Notes: generated from the sequence alone by a model not told the origin. Positions 12,701 to 26,847 are shown, counted from the first letter of the whole stretch. The stretch is 63,457 nucleotides of DNA, filler included, from Choristocarpus tenellus KU-1152 (GCA_964200185.2; 12 parts of 12 records of this genome joined end to end with filler, not necessarily neighbours in it), one strand, 5' to 3'. A program made the numbers and translations.

Positions 12701-14182
12701 AAGTGTTATACGCGCTCAAAACTCTATTCCTACCGATATGGTTACTCCAGGACCATCCCCAAGAGCGTTTGAGCTCTACGTACAGACGCCCAGCCTACAA
12801 CCATACTTGATATGAACTAATACCTATTGCTACATTATAGGTCTTCAGAGTGATCGATCTGATGCGGAATGTGCCTTTCCTCATCTGACACTCACAACAA
12901 AGTGTTTGGATTGATGCATATATATACTAGTAAGTAGTTCAAGGAGGGAAAAGAGACAAGCACAGAACGAGAGGCAAGCAACCATTTACTAGATGGTGAT
13001 AATGGATAGATGTGGCAGAGGTAGGGGTTTTGCTGTTAGGTTGGGGGTGGGTGTAGTATGAAAGTTGTGGCTTAACACTCCCATTAACCGCGAGAAGGCA
13101 GATGGTGCTGTAGATTATGCATTTCATTCATGTACAGATCTCTACAAATTAGACAAAAATAGTTCAAAAGTAGTTGCCTTTTGTTGATGTATGCCATATC
13201 CACTACCCTTGGCATAAGCCACTGCTACTTGATTTGACGATATATTCACGTCGTAGTGGTAACTACAAATAATGTCGTAAATGGAAATGTAAGTCCTTGA
13301 AGACTTGTGAGTGATGGTGAAAAGAACACTCATTGCGCATCAGAGCCAAAGCAATTGGAAGGTGGGTAGGTTTAGACACTACTTTTGCATTCTAAGCCAT
13401 ATTTTTTGCCCTGTGCACTATTTCGTTTCTATATTTGCACAATGATGTACGCAAATTGATATTCCCCCTTTCCACACCAAAGTGACACCATAGTGCAGGA
13501 AAGACTCATTCCATAATTGTTTCCTCTCCTCCCAACATAAAGTGAACGACAAACCTAGAAATGATCAGCCCACATGGAATTGGGTTCTGCTTATATCTAC
13601 GGAGTCACAAAATCAGACGCTAACATGGAACAATGGCTAATGTAGAGTTGAGGGGGTGAAAGATTGAAGTTGAAGGTCAATGATTAGTATGACTTGATGA
13701 GGATGTAAATATTGTCTAGTTTGCAGGTTTGGTAGTTACTGTACCAGTGTATGTACGAGGGGTAACAAGAGGTTAGAAGTGATGGAATTGTAGATACAAG
13801 GCGTGTACTGGGGTGTGTGTGAGGTGTTACTCTGTGTTACTCAACATATGTTTTGACTTGGTAAGCGTTCAGAATCGGATGGACCTGGAAGGGGTGATTT
13901 AATCATTGTCAAGCACAACGGTAAAGGAAGTGCCCAACACCAAGGGAAATTCAGGGTCATGATTTCGTTCCAGACTGGATGACTAGACCAAGCCCTTGGG
14001 CGAGACAGTCCAACAGGATTTCATTCAACCTTACCACACATCTACTCCTGGTCGCAGTTGCAGTACATCCACTTGAAATAAAAAAACAAACGTAGAGATG
14101 GTGAGAGCCAAACCAATTTAGCGGTAGGAGGGAGGGATGTTTTTTAAGGATACCGAGAAAGGGCGGAAATGCGACATTTTTT

Positions 14183-14434
14183 AGTGAAAGTGTCTTAGAG
14201 GGTACGAGTTTTTCTCTGTTTGTCCATTTGGGGGGCTTGGCTTCCCACGTTTTTTTTTATGACATTTTCCTACTTCGAAATGTTTCGGAGTGGGTAAAGT
14301 GTATACCCTATGAAAAGGTGTGTCCGGAACAAGGATATTGACACTTCCTAACAAACACGATAGCCAAAATTACATCAAAATCGCAACATTGGATTTTGAT
14401 GGACGCGGCTCTACCCTCGAAGATACTTTGACTC
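14183..14434 (+). mobile_element. MITE family A copy
   Basis: Full-length with TIRs and internal hairpin. Confidence 0.9.
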
Positions 14435-16116
14435 TTTACAACGGCAGAAAGAGCCTTTGATGATTTGTGGTGCCACTATGTGTATGGAAATGGAGAATAT
14501 CAAATTTGCGTAGACTGTTATCCACATGAAGCAATGACATACAGTATATTGCATAGGGTAAGAAAGATTGATTAGAATTGCACAAGGTTCTAAACCTGCC
14601 TACCCCTGAATTGGTTTGACTCTGAGTTCATAAGGAATTGGGTACTTCTTGCCTAAAGGGTAACAAAACCAGACACCAACAAAAAAACAATGGTCGAAGG
14701 TTGATGGGGTGAAGGTCGAAGTTGAAGGATCGGTGTTTTGGTTTTGTATCAAATAATAATACTGATGTTGAGTCCAACATAGACTCAGGAATGTACCTCT
14801 AAGTAGAAGTTGTACTGTGAAGTACTGAGTACTTGAATGGGTTTGGGTTGATTTTTAGGAAACCAGTTTGAAGTTGTGGTTCGGGGAGCTGATCAAGTGA
14901 GTGCATGTTGCATTGCAGAAGTTGTTTTGTGGTCTTCATTCTCGCATGTGCGTGTGACCCATAGTATCGTAGGGGGGGTATCAGGCGCCCACTCTGGACC
15001 TGCCTGACCCTGTAGTAATATCTTGTCGTATGTGTGAATATGTCAGATATAAGGGCAGTTTACTTCATCTGAACGCCAGTTCCTTCTCCATCCCCCTGTC
15101 TAGACCAAATCCGAAGGAATCACCCGCAAAACGGGCATCAAACTGGGATATCCCGTAAGTCCCCAATGAACCTCTTTGTCAAAACATCGCCCCCCCTCTT
15201 CTAGGATACTGTGGACACATTCTTGATGTAGGGTCTCGGAAGTTTATCTTCTTCCATAGTTGTAGAATGTACAGGTTGAAAGCAGTGTGCAAAAAAATGA
15301 TACTGCAAAGATCCGACGTATGAATATCATATGTTCACCCGATGTTTGTGCAAGGGGCACCATCTTCACTTCTTCTCCCTCCCACTACAAAATCTATTTA
15401 CTGGAAAAAAATTGTCGGCAGTAGAAAAATACAAGAAAGGTGCACCACGACAAGAGAAAAAAGAAATAGTATTAGGATGTGATGTGTACAGTATCGAATG
15501 TTGTGCTGAGACTGCATCAGCGTCGCTCGGTAATGAGTAAGTCTTGCCACCTCGTTCTTGGTCCATCTTTTTTGTGGTACACCTCTTTTGTGATACAGCC
15601 ACAGATAGAATACTACAAGGGTATGATCCATAGTGCTTGCCACATGCCCACGAAATTCATACAGGGATCTGCACCTTCAATTTCTAATTTGTAATTGGGG
15701 ACGCTCTACGTATACTATATGTTCGAAAGACTTGTGGGTATTTTGTTTTTTATTCATCAACAAAAAATTCACCCTCCTCATAGCATCTCCGGGGTGATCT
15801 CATCACGAATTTTACCCTCGCCTTTTACTAGGATAAACCGTGGGTTGACCCCCTGAAGGAGTTTCACTTGATTTTTGACNNNNNNNNNNNNNNNNNNNNN
15901 NNNNNNNNNNNNNNNNNNNNNNNTTAATTAATTAANNNNNNNNNNNNNNNNNNNNNNNNNNNNNNNNNNNNNNNNNNNNTTTATTTTTTGTTTTTGTGGT
16001 TGTGGGGGGGGGGGGGGGGGGGGGGGGGGTTGGGATAGATTCGGCGGTGAAGATTCACTTGCAGGTTTTCAGGATTGGTTCTAGTGCATTGCGAAAAAGA
16101 AAGAAAGAGTTCAACA

Positions 16117-16162
16117 GGGGTTGGGGTTGGGGTTGGGGTTAGGGTTAGGGTTAGGGTTAGGG
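16117..16162 (+). repeat. Interstitial telomere-like repeat (TTGGGG)n grading into (TTAGGG)n
   Basis: Directly visible. Confidence 0.85.
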
Positions 16163-16679
16163 ATTGAGGTTATCACCTGGAAGGACATGGCAAGGTGCTC
16201 TCCTGATATAGTTAGCATACCAAAAAAAAAGAAAAAGGTGTGTTTATTTGTTGATCAACACAAATGTCTCGGCTTAGCGAGCGCCGTCTGCCGTTTGAGA
16301 AAAAAGATAAAACAGTAGAGCGTACTCCTCAAATTGCTATGCAAAACCCCGCAAGAAACCCTTTCAAGTAAAGTCCAGGCAATAAGATCGGCAAAAGGAG
16401 ACTGAAGAACCTACACGTCCGTTAGAGGTCGCAACGCTCCCTAACCCTCGCACGCAACCCACGAAAAAAAAAAAAAAAAAATTTGGTCCAGGGTTCAATT
16501 GTTTTTTTTTTCCCCTGAGACTGAGAAGATACAGTATGAAATAAATAATAAATTCTTGGCGGGGTTCTCATCCGCAAAAGGATGAGCAGTTGCCATGCAG
16601 CAGCCCGGAAAAAGGCACTGTTGACAAGGCGTGGTAGGCCTATGTGAATGACTCTGGAGGCATTTATATCGTTTGATTC

Positions 16680-18392
16680 TCAAGCAGACAGGATACAAAT
16701 CCTGGACCCGATTGGTCTCGCCTGTTCGTCCCTGAGGCGATGTACCTGCTTAAGTCGAATGGCCTCCTCCAGGCGGGCCTTCTCCTTCCTGTGCTGGCTT
16801 AGTAGTTCACGGGCTGACGGGGCGACCTGATCATTACGGTAGTGAAAGCCATGTTGACATGTCCACAGGTAGGAAGAGCAAGAGAGAGAGAGAGAGAGAG
16901 GGAGAGAGTTCTGTGTCGTGTTCAAGAAAAGGATCAAGAAGAGTGATTGTCTCTGGATGAAGCACGATTCCTTCTCAAACGTAAGTGGCCCGCTCCCTCT
17001 CTCAAGTGCGTCAGGTCGTCCCTGTGTGGTGCGAAGAGTGGGTTTCATGAGTGTGTTTAATGCATTAGGGTTAGGGTTTCTTACTTGCAAAAGGAGGGAA
17101 CTTCGCGATATACGTACGACTCCTCATTTTTTGTTTTTTTATTTCACAGCAAGGCAGTAGGGCTCTGCTTAGACGCATGTCTTTCAAGAGGAGGCCTGTT
17201 CGATACATACAGGCATCAAGAGATGTGAACTATAGTTTGCTCGTGTCCGTTGCAGTCATCGGCCGTCAGATGTGCTGCCAACCTTCCTTATCTCTGTACC
17301 CTCGTGTGCCATACTTACCTAGTCATTTTGGTTGGTGACCAGCCTGAAGTGCACACCAAGAGCTGAAGGGCCGAAGGACTATGAGTGAATGTGGAATCAC
17401 AAAATCGTCACTCCCTACAATTGTGATTGTGGTGCACCCTCCTATTCTAGTGTAGTAGTGTGCTAAGATAACGAGGAGACGATGCGTACGACATGGCAGG
17501 CGTTCAAGATTCAAGATTCAAGATTCAAGATTCAAGATTCAAGACCCATGCCACAAGCAGCGTAATTTATTTGCTCCCTCTCTGTAATAACAGTGCGATG
17601 AAGATTGATGCGGACAAGAACCGCAGAACAACACAGTTGAATGAGGAACCTTAGATTCGAACATCTCCCAGGCATGGTTGAAGGGGTTCATTCAAGACGT
17701 CGAATCAGAAGAGGGGAAAATTCTAATAACCTTTCCATTTTCCCCTAACCCTAACCCAATCAAAGAGGATACGACACCCAACAAGACTGCCGCACCTGTT
17801 GCCTCAGATCTATCCCTACCCATCAAACTACGAGAGACAAGAACCAGAATTCCGATCCCATGTAAACCTACTTAATCCTCTCTCAGCTCTCCACTACCAC
17901 CACCCTGCTGCCCTGCCACCTTGCCTGCCTCACTGAAATTTTCCCAGGGCTCGATCCACGTCCTCTTCCCCTGAAGCCACCACCAGCAGGCGCACCGTGG
18001 CTTCCACCTCCATGGCCCATCACTCCCCCAGAGCTCACATTGCTACTACTGCCTCCTCTCCTTACCCCTGAATCTCCCCCCCCTGGTCCCCCCATCCCCG
18101 TACCAACCCTGGCCAATTTGCGCTGGCTAGAAGTGTCTGCTGGCTGGGAAGGTCTGTCTCCGCTGGCATGGTCATCGATACTGCTCTTTCTGGTGGAATT
18201 GCTTGCACGTGGGAGGGAAGCCTGGTCCGAAGATGGGGGGGGCGGGGGCGGAGTGGCAAAGGGTTTCAACTGGTGAAGGGGCGGTGATGGTGGAGTAGAT
18301 TCCCGCACTGGGGATCTCCACGGCGGCGACGACGAGGGGTGAGAGAGGGCCTCGCGGTATTGGTGTGGTCCTGCCCTATCTCGAGATGGCAT
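16680..18392 (-). CDS. Probable exons of a low-complexity Pro/Ser/Gly-rich protein with a coiled-coil C-terminal segment
   Basis: GC-rich ORF 17883-18392 with a GTGAG donor after GKIS; 16680-16830 encodes ARELLSQHRKEKARLEEAIRLKQ; flanked by intron-type microsatellites. Confidence 0.4.
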
Positions 18393-18432
18393 CCGCTGTC
18401 CTTTTTGCCCGGCCTGTTCAATACATTTTACG

Positions 18433-18490
<58 letters not shown>

Positions 18491-21400
18491 TATTATTATT
18501 TTGATATGGTGGTCGGAAGCACTCGTTCCCAAAGTTGTGCCAGCCTCAGGTTTTCCTAGACATCAAGTCGATGCGACCCTCAACGTTTTTTAGAGCACTG
18601 AACTCGAAGCAACTCATTAGGAACTTGATACATTTGAACTCGCCACTTTGTCGCGAGACTTGGTAGAGTGCTGCTAGCCTCAAGATAAAGAGGCTCTGCA
18701 CGCGTTGGGGCCTGCAACATCTATGGCCTCTAACTTGGTGGTGCACATGGTCTCTACAACTCTATCCACAACAATATGAAGTGAAAATATATATATATAT
18801 ATATAACCATTCAAACTTCAAGCGAACTCCTCATTTGTCTGTCCATCCACTTTGTCAGTCCAAGTTCCAGAACGGACCCATAACATGCCAACTACTGTGC
18901 TAAACTGTGCTCCTAACGCAAACAACAATAATATCAGGCCAAGCAGCTTCCTCTGTGTCAGGGAAGTGTTTTTAGTTTTTTTAGGGGAGTTCACGGTAGT
19001 ATTATCCTAGTCCTAGAGTTGACCGAGGTGGAATGGGTTGGGGGGTTTGGGGAGGGGGGGGGGGGGGATTGGTCGGCTCATTTTGGGCACCGCCCTATCC
19101 NNNNNNNNNNNNNNNNNNNNNNNNNNNNNNNNNNNNNNNNNNNNTTAATTAATTAANNNNNNNNNNNNNNNNNNNNNNNNNNNNNNNNNNNNNNNNNNNN
19201 CAGATACTTTGAGCCTTTTTGTTGGTGGTTAGTGTCATGGGGGTTGTACTGCAAGACATATAGAGGGTCAGACAGAGCAAGGCACCACTGTTTGGGACAT
19301 TGTTATGGGACATTTTGTCGACAGGAAGTGGCACAGAAATGCTTTTGTAAGGACTTACGCCCAGCTCTAAAATTGGTAATCCAGATCATCTCTTCACCTC
19401 ATTGAGGAGGTTTACTAATGGCATCACAGAAATGATGACACCAAACAGTCCTCCCAATCACTGGTACTACTGTCAATCTCTCACAATATGAACGTACCTC
19501 CTCCACAAACATCTTCTGTGACAAAGTATCCCCAGCTTGAGGCTGCTCTCCCACGGCCTCTGCGGACTTGATGACATATGTGATCACTGGAATGCTTTTG
19601 CTGAAGACTGTTCCGAGGAGCGGCGTCAAGACGAAACTGTCTTCTTCAAGGGTTGGAAGAAGATCTTCTCGAAGTTCCTCAACCTCCGGCAAGCACTGCA
19701 CTCCAGGTCAAGGTCGCAAGATGGGATACAAAGTTTGGTCATTTCCTAGATCAAGAGAGAGTTCGCGAGTCCGCCGCTGCATAGCTAAAATAAGCTGTGT
19801 AGAAACGAGATGCAAAACTGTTTGTAACGAAGGTCGAAACTGTGACTACCAAAAAAAAAAAAAACTGCTACGTGGACTCTAATGATCGCATTCCTGTGGG
19901 GGGCCACCATCCATCCGCAGGGCGTAGCAAACCGCGCCAAGATTTCAAATTGGACGCCCAAGACATCTATCTGAAACGAGAGGTACCAATCTCATCGCAT
20001 TACCTACACAGCGTACACTATCCTTTAATTATATTCAGCACGATGGAGTGAGTTACACGACAACCAAAGAGATGCTACGCCATCCCACAATGCAAGCACC
20101 GAATGCTGTGTTTACTGTTAGCACATGACAAACAAACAAACAAACAAACAAAAAACATACCACACTTGATAAGGAAATAATACGCTCTCCAACATACATG
20201 CAACAGAGGCCTGTTGCTCAAAATATGAAACGGAAATTTTCCTCACAGCGCCCATGAAGAGAGGATAAGCAAGCTTCTCTACAAACTACAAACTACTCCG
20301 TTCCTTGCCTCTGTGAGGTGCGTCTTCACTAGGTCAAAGAGGTCAGATCTCCCCAGAACTGCAGCCAAGGCCAGGGGGCTAGCGTCCCTTTGTGGGTAAT
20401 GGGCCAAGCCGTACTTTTTTGTCTTCCTCAAGAGGTCCACACGGGTCAGAAAGTCGCCTTTCACAGGGGGAAAACCTGCCTCGTTGGAATCACTATCTTT
20501 CCAAAATTGACCGTGTTCTCCAAGCGATTCCTGGTCGAACCAAAGGAGAAGAGCCAACAGGTTACTATCATCTGATGGTCACACATAGCATCGGAAACCA
20601 CTGAAGCAAGTAAAAACACAAACGGAAAGGTAGTGACTCGTCCCTCCTTGAGTCCAATTCACTTTCTGCAAACAGTACACACACACGCTTCACTCTAAAC
20701 ACCCACAACTCGAAATGCGCAGTGTACAGGTAATGAATGCCACACTACCATACACAGGCATCAATTGACATCTTGAATAGACACCACAGTGGTTCAAGAC
20801 CTCTTCTTCGCTCATTTGGAGATTCCAGTGCCGAGCATATTTACTCACAGTGTTCTCTTCCACTCCCTGGACTGCCTTCCCCTCCTCTTGTATCAGTCCA
20901 TGCGTTGATGAGGCGGTCACAAATCCCTGTGACTGCCAATGTGGGGAAGTACAGTTTAGCAGGACAGGGGTTTGAGCAGGGGTAGGGGTCGTGACCTGTC
21001 CAACAACGAAAATAATTATAAATCATCAAGCGCGGAACAGGCAATAGAAAGGCATGGATGGGGCTTTGCCAAGAGGATTGGTGACAAAAGAATCGCCTTT
21101 CTTTGAGCGTGTCTAGGTTCAAGTTCAAATTCAAATTCACATTCACATTCACCTTCAAATTCAAATTCACATTCATTTCAGCAGCAATAAAACAGTATGG
21201 AAAGGTCAAGAGAGACAGGGTCTAGTCCTCAAATGTCTATCCTGCTGCTGCTGTATTGGGCTTACAACCTCACCACAGCACTCAGTCGGCGAAGTAAACA
21301 AGAGGTATATCCAGAGGTTGCATTTTTCGAGGACGCTGACAAACACACGCGTGCAAGATTCGACTATTTTTCTCAAATGTGTATTACAGGAAATTTCCTG

Positions 21401-21545
21401 AATTGCGTCCAAAGTTATTTTTAAAAATATAAATATAAATATAAAAAAGAAATCAACATTCTCAAGTCCAACTTAGAACTCAATCCATAGAAATATATAG
21501 AAGAATTCCAAAAAAAAAAAGACTCAAAATGCAAAACAGTCTAAG

Positions 21546-21595
21546 CCCTAACCCTAACCCTAACCCTAACCCTAACCCTAACCCTAACCCTAACC
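21546..21595 (-). repeat. Interstitial telomeric repeat (CCCTAA)x8
   Basis: Directly visible, intronic. Confidence 0.9.
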
Positions 21596-22204
21596 TGGGT
21601 ACCTCTCGTAACTACTCTGACTCGACAGCACTCACTCAAGAATGATACATGCATTGTTGCCATGTCCAACAACAATATATTTTACTACTACTCCGGAGGA
21701 AGTGCCACAAAAAAAAAAAATCCTTACAATCATATCCCCAGACAAGGAAGGACACACAAGTACACGTGTTCTCACACAACCGACGCATACAAGCCAACCT
21801 CTGGTCCTGATGTGACTGGATGCTTCCCATCAACTCTTTAGGCTGTACACATCAGGATTACATCAGGATTACATCAGGATTACAAGACACTACCACCTAT
21901 TCTTTCTTCCCACGGCTGAGAAGGGTGTGGGAAACCAGACCAGGTGTAACCCAAGTGCTCAGTTCACCGCCAAGATTCCAACACCCCCCTTTCCCTGGAC
22001 AATGGTTGGGCTTTGATAGGAAATGGTAGATGCACTACACATTTTCGCAGGCACCAATAGGCAGGTGTGCTCTCGTAGTGAGACTCGCCACAGTCAACAT
22101 CACAACTGTGATCAACAAATGGAGGGATTGGTCGAAGCCCAATTAGCAACACCCTTGAGGGCGAGATGAAATGTCCACAGCCACGTACAAGAAAGAAGCC
22201 AGCC

Positions 22205-22291
22205 CCCTAACCCTAAACCCTAACCCTAAACCCTAACCCTAAACCCTAACCCTAAACCCTAACCCTAAACCCTAACCCTAAACCCTAACCC
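22205..22291 (-). repeat. (CCCTAACCCTAAA)n alternating telomere-like repeat
   Basis: About 6.5 copies of a perfect 13-bp unit. Confidence 0.9.
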
Positions 22292-25200
22292 AGCATTGGT
22301 CACATTCCCGCCCCAACCTACAGGGGAAATTGGTTTCGACAACCCTCCACGACCTACCAGCTACAAATCACATTTAAGCAAAGTAAGGGTTACAGAGTCA
22401 ATAATCCACTCTTCAGTTTGATAGGGATATTCCGACTTTTTGATCCATTCACACTCAACTCAAGTTTTCTTTCGAACGGTATTCAAGAGGTACTACCGCA
22501 ACCTTGCACTTCGTTGAGATAGGGGCCAAAGTATCTAGCCCATTTCATCATTTTGCGCGCTTGGTGGGTGGGACTGGTACAATACCCTTCAGGTGTGAGC
22601 CCTTTTGGGCACTTCAACAAAATTGTCATATTACCGGAGGCACTCTTCACTTGCTCCTCAGCACAAGTACTGCCTCTTGTTGAAAATGCAAAGGCCCTCT
22701 CACCACAGCATATGTCTGCCAGCAACATAGCTGAAAACATTGTATGGATAATGATACTCCTAGGTAACACAATATCAGTGTCACAGTTGGATACTTCAAT
22801 GAACCTAAGGAACAGGCCAACTCTGTTACCCATACACAGGCAACACCTTCCTCTTTCCTCCTAGCTCTGCAGGAGCATCATGACTGCTAGCTCCCTGAGC
22901 CTTCTCCTCTTTGCCCTTCAGCACAGGTGCCTCTGTGCCTCTCCTTCTGGTGCTGCTGTACCACCATAAATATGCTAGCTCACCCATCTTCTCCTCTTTC
23001 CCCCCCAACTACAGCCTCTTCAGGTTCATTAATACGCTCTACTTACCTGTTTCTTCCCGCCTAGTCCTGCTGGAGCACCATGACTGCCAACTGAAGATAC
23101 ACACCCTATCTCTCATGCACTGCTCTCCACATGCGATAGGCGTGTAGCACCCCATCCTGGTCATGGAAGGTCTGCAGATGCTCAGGCACAGAACTCCTGG
23201 AAGATACTCACAGCATCAACCTTTGGCCCAAAGCGTGCCCTGGTCCACCAGAAATACCAGAATTTGTTTATCTTGAGAATTTTCTTTTAAAAAATGAAAA
23301 ATAGTACACCAGTTGCATACAAGGTGCAAGCGGGCAAATTATGGAAGGCACTTAACAGTTCAAGACATGATTGCACTTGACATAATGAGTGCGAACATAG
23401 TGGCACCAGTGCCAGCCAGACTACAAAGGAGCATGGTTCCTGAGAGCACCGAGAGCAGGTCAAGTGAAATATCCCAGAGGGATACTCAACCACTCAGTGT
23501 GCATTACTGAGTGTGTCCAAGTCAAATACTCCCAAACAATGAATTTCGGGTAGGGGACACAATTTGTAGGGCCTCTATAAATTCAAAGAGATCATACAGT
23601 TCCCACGTGTGGAACAAAAGTCATGGCAGCAGTCATTACCCAGATAAGACTAAAGACACCACACCTCTCTTGACAACTAGATTAACCCCACACTACACAA
23701 TCAAGCGTATCTACAGCAAGGCACACCCCTTCCGAACGCGGTACCAGGGTCGCTTGCTGCTGCCTGTCCCTAATTAGAACTCTACTGATATGAGCTCCCC
23801 TCAATGATCAAGTCCAATGCTAAGAAGAGACCACCTTTTTTTCGGGTGGGACAAAGGAAACTTCCTGCATCCACTGAAAATCAGAGGTGGGCAGAACAGT
23901 ATGGCATATGTACCACTCAGGGTGCAGGTAAATCAACTAATGCCATCATAGTTCAATATATAATCCTCCCATACCGCTCGTTACCTGCAATCCTACTCTC
24001 AAAGCTGATGAAGTGCGAGGTGCTTGAGCTTTTCACGGAAGGGAACCCTATCCGCAGGCAAGCACCATCACCAACCACGAGGATTTACGAAGCCAATGTT
24101 CAACTAAAGCCTCCAGAGAGTGAGCGAGGGGGGAGATATAGAACATTTTCTCCCTTTCAGAGGGTGTTCTTAGGGAGGCATCGCAATCTCATGATAGAAA
24201 ACAAGTCCAAAAATTTCAAGTCCGAGATATTGTCTTCCAGGTCTCAGTAATTGCATCAGCTATAACAAAGCCTTCCTCCATCGCACCATCCAACTCCTTG
24301 ACCTATTTGTGACGTAGCCAAGTCCTCAAATGGGCAGTTTCAGGACTTGCTGCACTAGGGCCACATAACATGACAAGTAAAATTATCCTCCACATATAAA
24401 AAGACACGTATCATACCATTTTATTACTGCAGTTGGCAAGGGATCATTTCATCAATTGTTTCAGAAGATCAACGTTAACCACAGTTCCTATTTGGAAAAT
24501 TCTGACTGGGGCAACCCAGTTCTCTGAGATTGTGGCCATAACTATGTGATGCTTAACACTCTTTGTATGTGGGATGCATCTAGGGAGAAGATCACCCTTA
24601 GATCAGGTGCAATATGTACACTCCTATAACCAGCTTTCTGTCTTGAGGCTACAGAAGATTAATATGGAGGAAGGTCAATGGTATTTAGAAGAAAATATGG
24701 AAAAAATAGCATACCCTGAGCTTTGAACAATGAGCATCCATTGGGTTCAAGGAGAGTCGAGGAGAATGTGGTGGGTTTTGACTTGCAAGCCTCCAGGGTG
24801 AGAGTGCCCAACGCGTCCTATTTTCCACCTACGATGATTACTTTGAAGTTGAAGGGTGCAATTCCAAAATGTCGTACGTTAGGGTAGATTGATCTACTTC
24901 CTAATATGGCATACTCAGTACAATTTGCTCCGGCAAATATACAGTGTATGTGAACATGAAAATGAGTCCCCAGCAAAAAGCAACCAGGGACTACAAAAGA
25001 GAACTCCCACGGAGGACTCACCTCTTCCTTTATCTTGTCCAAAATATATTCCAGCTTTTTAACTGCAAGGCTAGATTCTTCCTCATTAGCACCTACTGAC
25101 TCTATAGCGTACGCCACCACAGATCCAGACCGTTGCAAATGCTGCTGTAGAAAATTTCTCGTTTTCAAAAGCGTCCACACAGCCTCCAACACAGCAAAAG

Positions 25201-26408
25201 ATCCCTCAGACGCTGCATGGGTGAGGAGGTTCATGCCACGTTCGTCGACGTAGCAGAGCTGCTCGTCCAGGCCCTCGAGTTCCACTTCAATTAGATTCTT
25301 TATATGATTGAAGATTTCCAGGCTGTTGTCCTTGTTTCCAGATGCAGCATGTAGCAGTAGAGTCCCTTCTAAATCGGCTTCGCGTAAAGCTTTGGCCAGA
25401 GGACGTCTCCCCTAGAATACAAAGTAATAAACCATGTCAAGTAGGCGTCAGACATCGGGATCAAGGTGGAGGGGAGGTTACGGAGGGAAAAGGCACTCGA
25501 AAATTGAAACAAACTTGACTAAAGTTGAACTATCCCGTGCTCTCTAGTGCAGCTCGCTCTCCCAGAACTACCCTTCTAGACCTACAGTAACTGCACCGTA
25601 GTAGCAGCATGCTGACCTCGAATGCATCGACCCTAGCATGGAGCTTTTCAAGGTCGCCGTCTTCTATACATTCCTTAAGCTCCACGAAGTCCATATGATG
25701 CCCTGCCCTCGCGAGCATGGCTGCAACGAGATTTCTCGAGTTTCCCCAAGTACGCTCACTTTCTCGTTGTTTTACCAATGATCATCTTCTACCATCCCAA
25801 GTTCTGGCAAGCCTTATAATTATATACACATTTGACATATTGTAAGACATACGAAAAAGAACCTAATTTCATATCTTATACTACAAAATAGTATCGATCA
25901 TTCTACATACCTCAACTACAATTCATAGAACTCCATACTTAACGAGAATTATACACGTTTTTTATCGTTTTTGCATTTCAAGTCTGATGTCAATCATTTG
26001 AAATCCACCCATATTTTTTATTGATGTATCACTCGGAACACCATTCCTTTACGAGAATGAAATAACAAAATATATGTAGTAGACTTTTCCCAAGTTCTTT
26101 ATCCCTAACCCTAAGTCCTTATCAGAGAAGTTGGAGCGGGTGTGTTACAGGCGAATAGAGCGAGTATTTCTTCTTATATTTCAACGAAGTGCAGNNNNNN
26201 NNNNNNNNNNNNNNNNNNNNNNNNNNNNNNNNNNNNNNTTAATTAATTAANNNNNNNNNNNNNNNNNNNNNNNNNNNNNNNNNNNNNNNNNNNNCACGCC
26301 AACGCGGTATGTATGTGTGTGTGGGGTGGGGGAGGGGGGGGGTTTCAGGCAAAACCGTCGATAAAACAATCAAGGACGCTTTTTATTGCACGTCTGTGGT
26401 TAACCGCA

Positions 26409-26665
26409 GAGTGAAAGTATCTTAGAGGGTACGAGTTTTGCCCTGTTTGTCCATTTGGGGCTTGGCATCCCATGGGGTTCTTAATGACATTTTTCTACTC
26501 CAAAGTGTTTCGGAGTAGGTAAAATGTATACGTTATGAGAAGGTGTCCGGAGCAAGGATATTGACACTTCCTATCAAATAAGATAGACAAAATTACATCA
26601 AAATCGCAACATTGGATTTTGGTCCCCAAATGGACTCGGCCCTACCCTCTAAGATACTTTGGCTC
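26409..26665 (+). mobile_element. MITE family A copy with 4-bp TSD CGCA
   Basis: cgca|gagtgaaagtatcttagagggta...taccctctaagatactttggctc|cgca. Confidence 0.93.
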
Positions 26666-26847
26666 CGCACATACATACTACATGGTCACCCGAAAATCAA
26701 TAAGTTGGTTGACAGGGTATCTAATTGCGGGATAGCTATCTCAACTTAGGTTGAATAGCAGGACGCAAAGATATCTCACAACAGTTGTAACCCAACAAGA
26801 GGAGGAGTAGAGCGCGACCATCCCACCAATGCCGACAACTCTCTCAC

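Larger units (their letters stand above)
19498..25718 (-). pseudogene. Ankyrin-repeat protein gene, spliced, probably degraded
   Basis: Phase-0 exons 25617-25718 and 25022-25411 (GTLLLHAASGN; GMNLLTHAASEGSFAVLEAV). Further exons ~20295-20600 (SPLALAAVLGRSDLF) and ~19498-19785 (TPLLGTVFSKSIPVITYV), with in-frame stops in the downstream exons. Confidence 0.65.

Noticed and set aside
21546-21595. True telomere
   Set aside because: Short and internal to a contig and intron.
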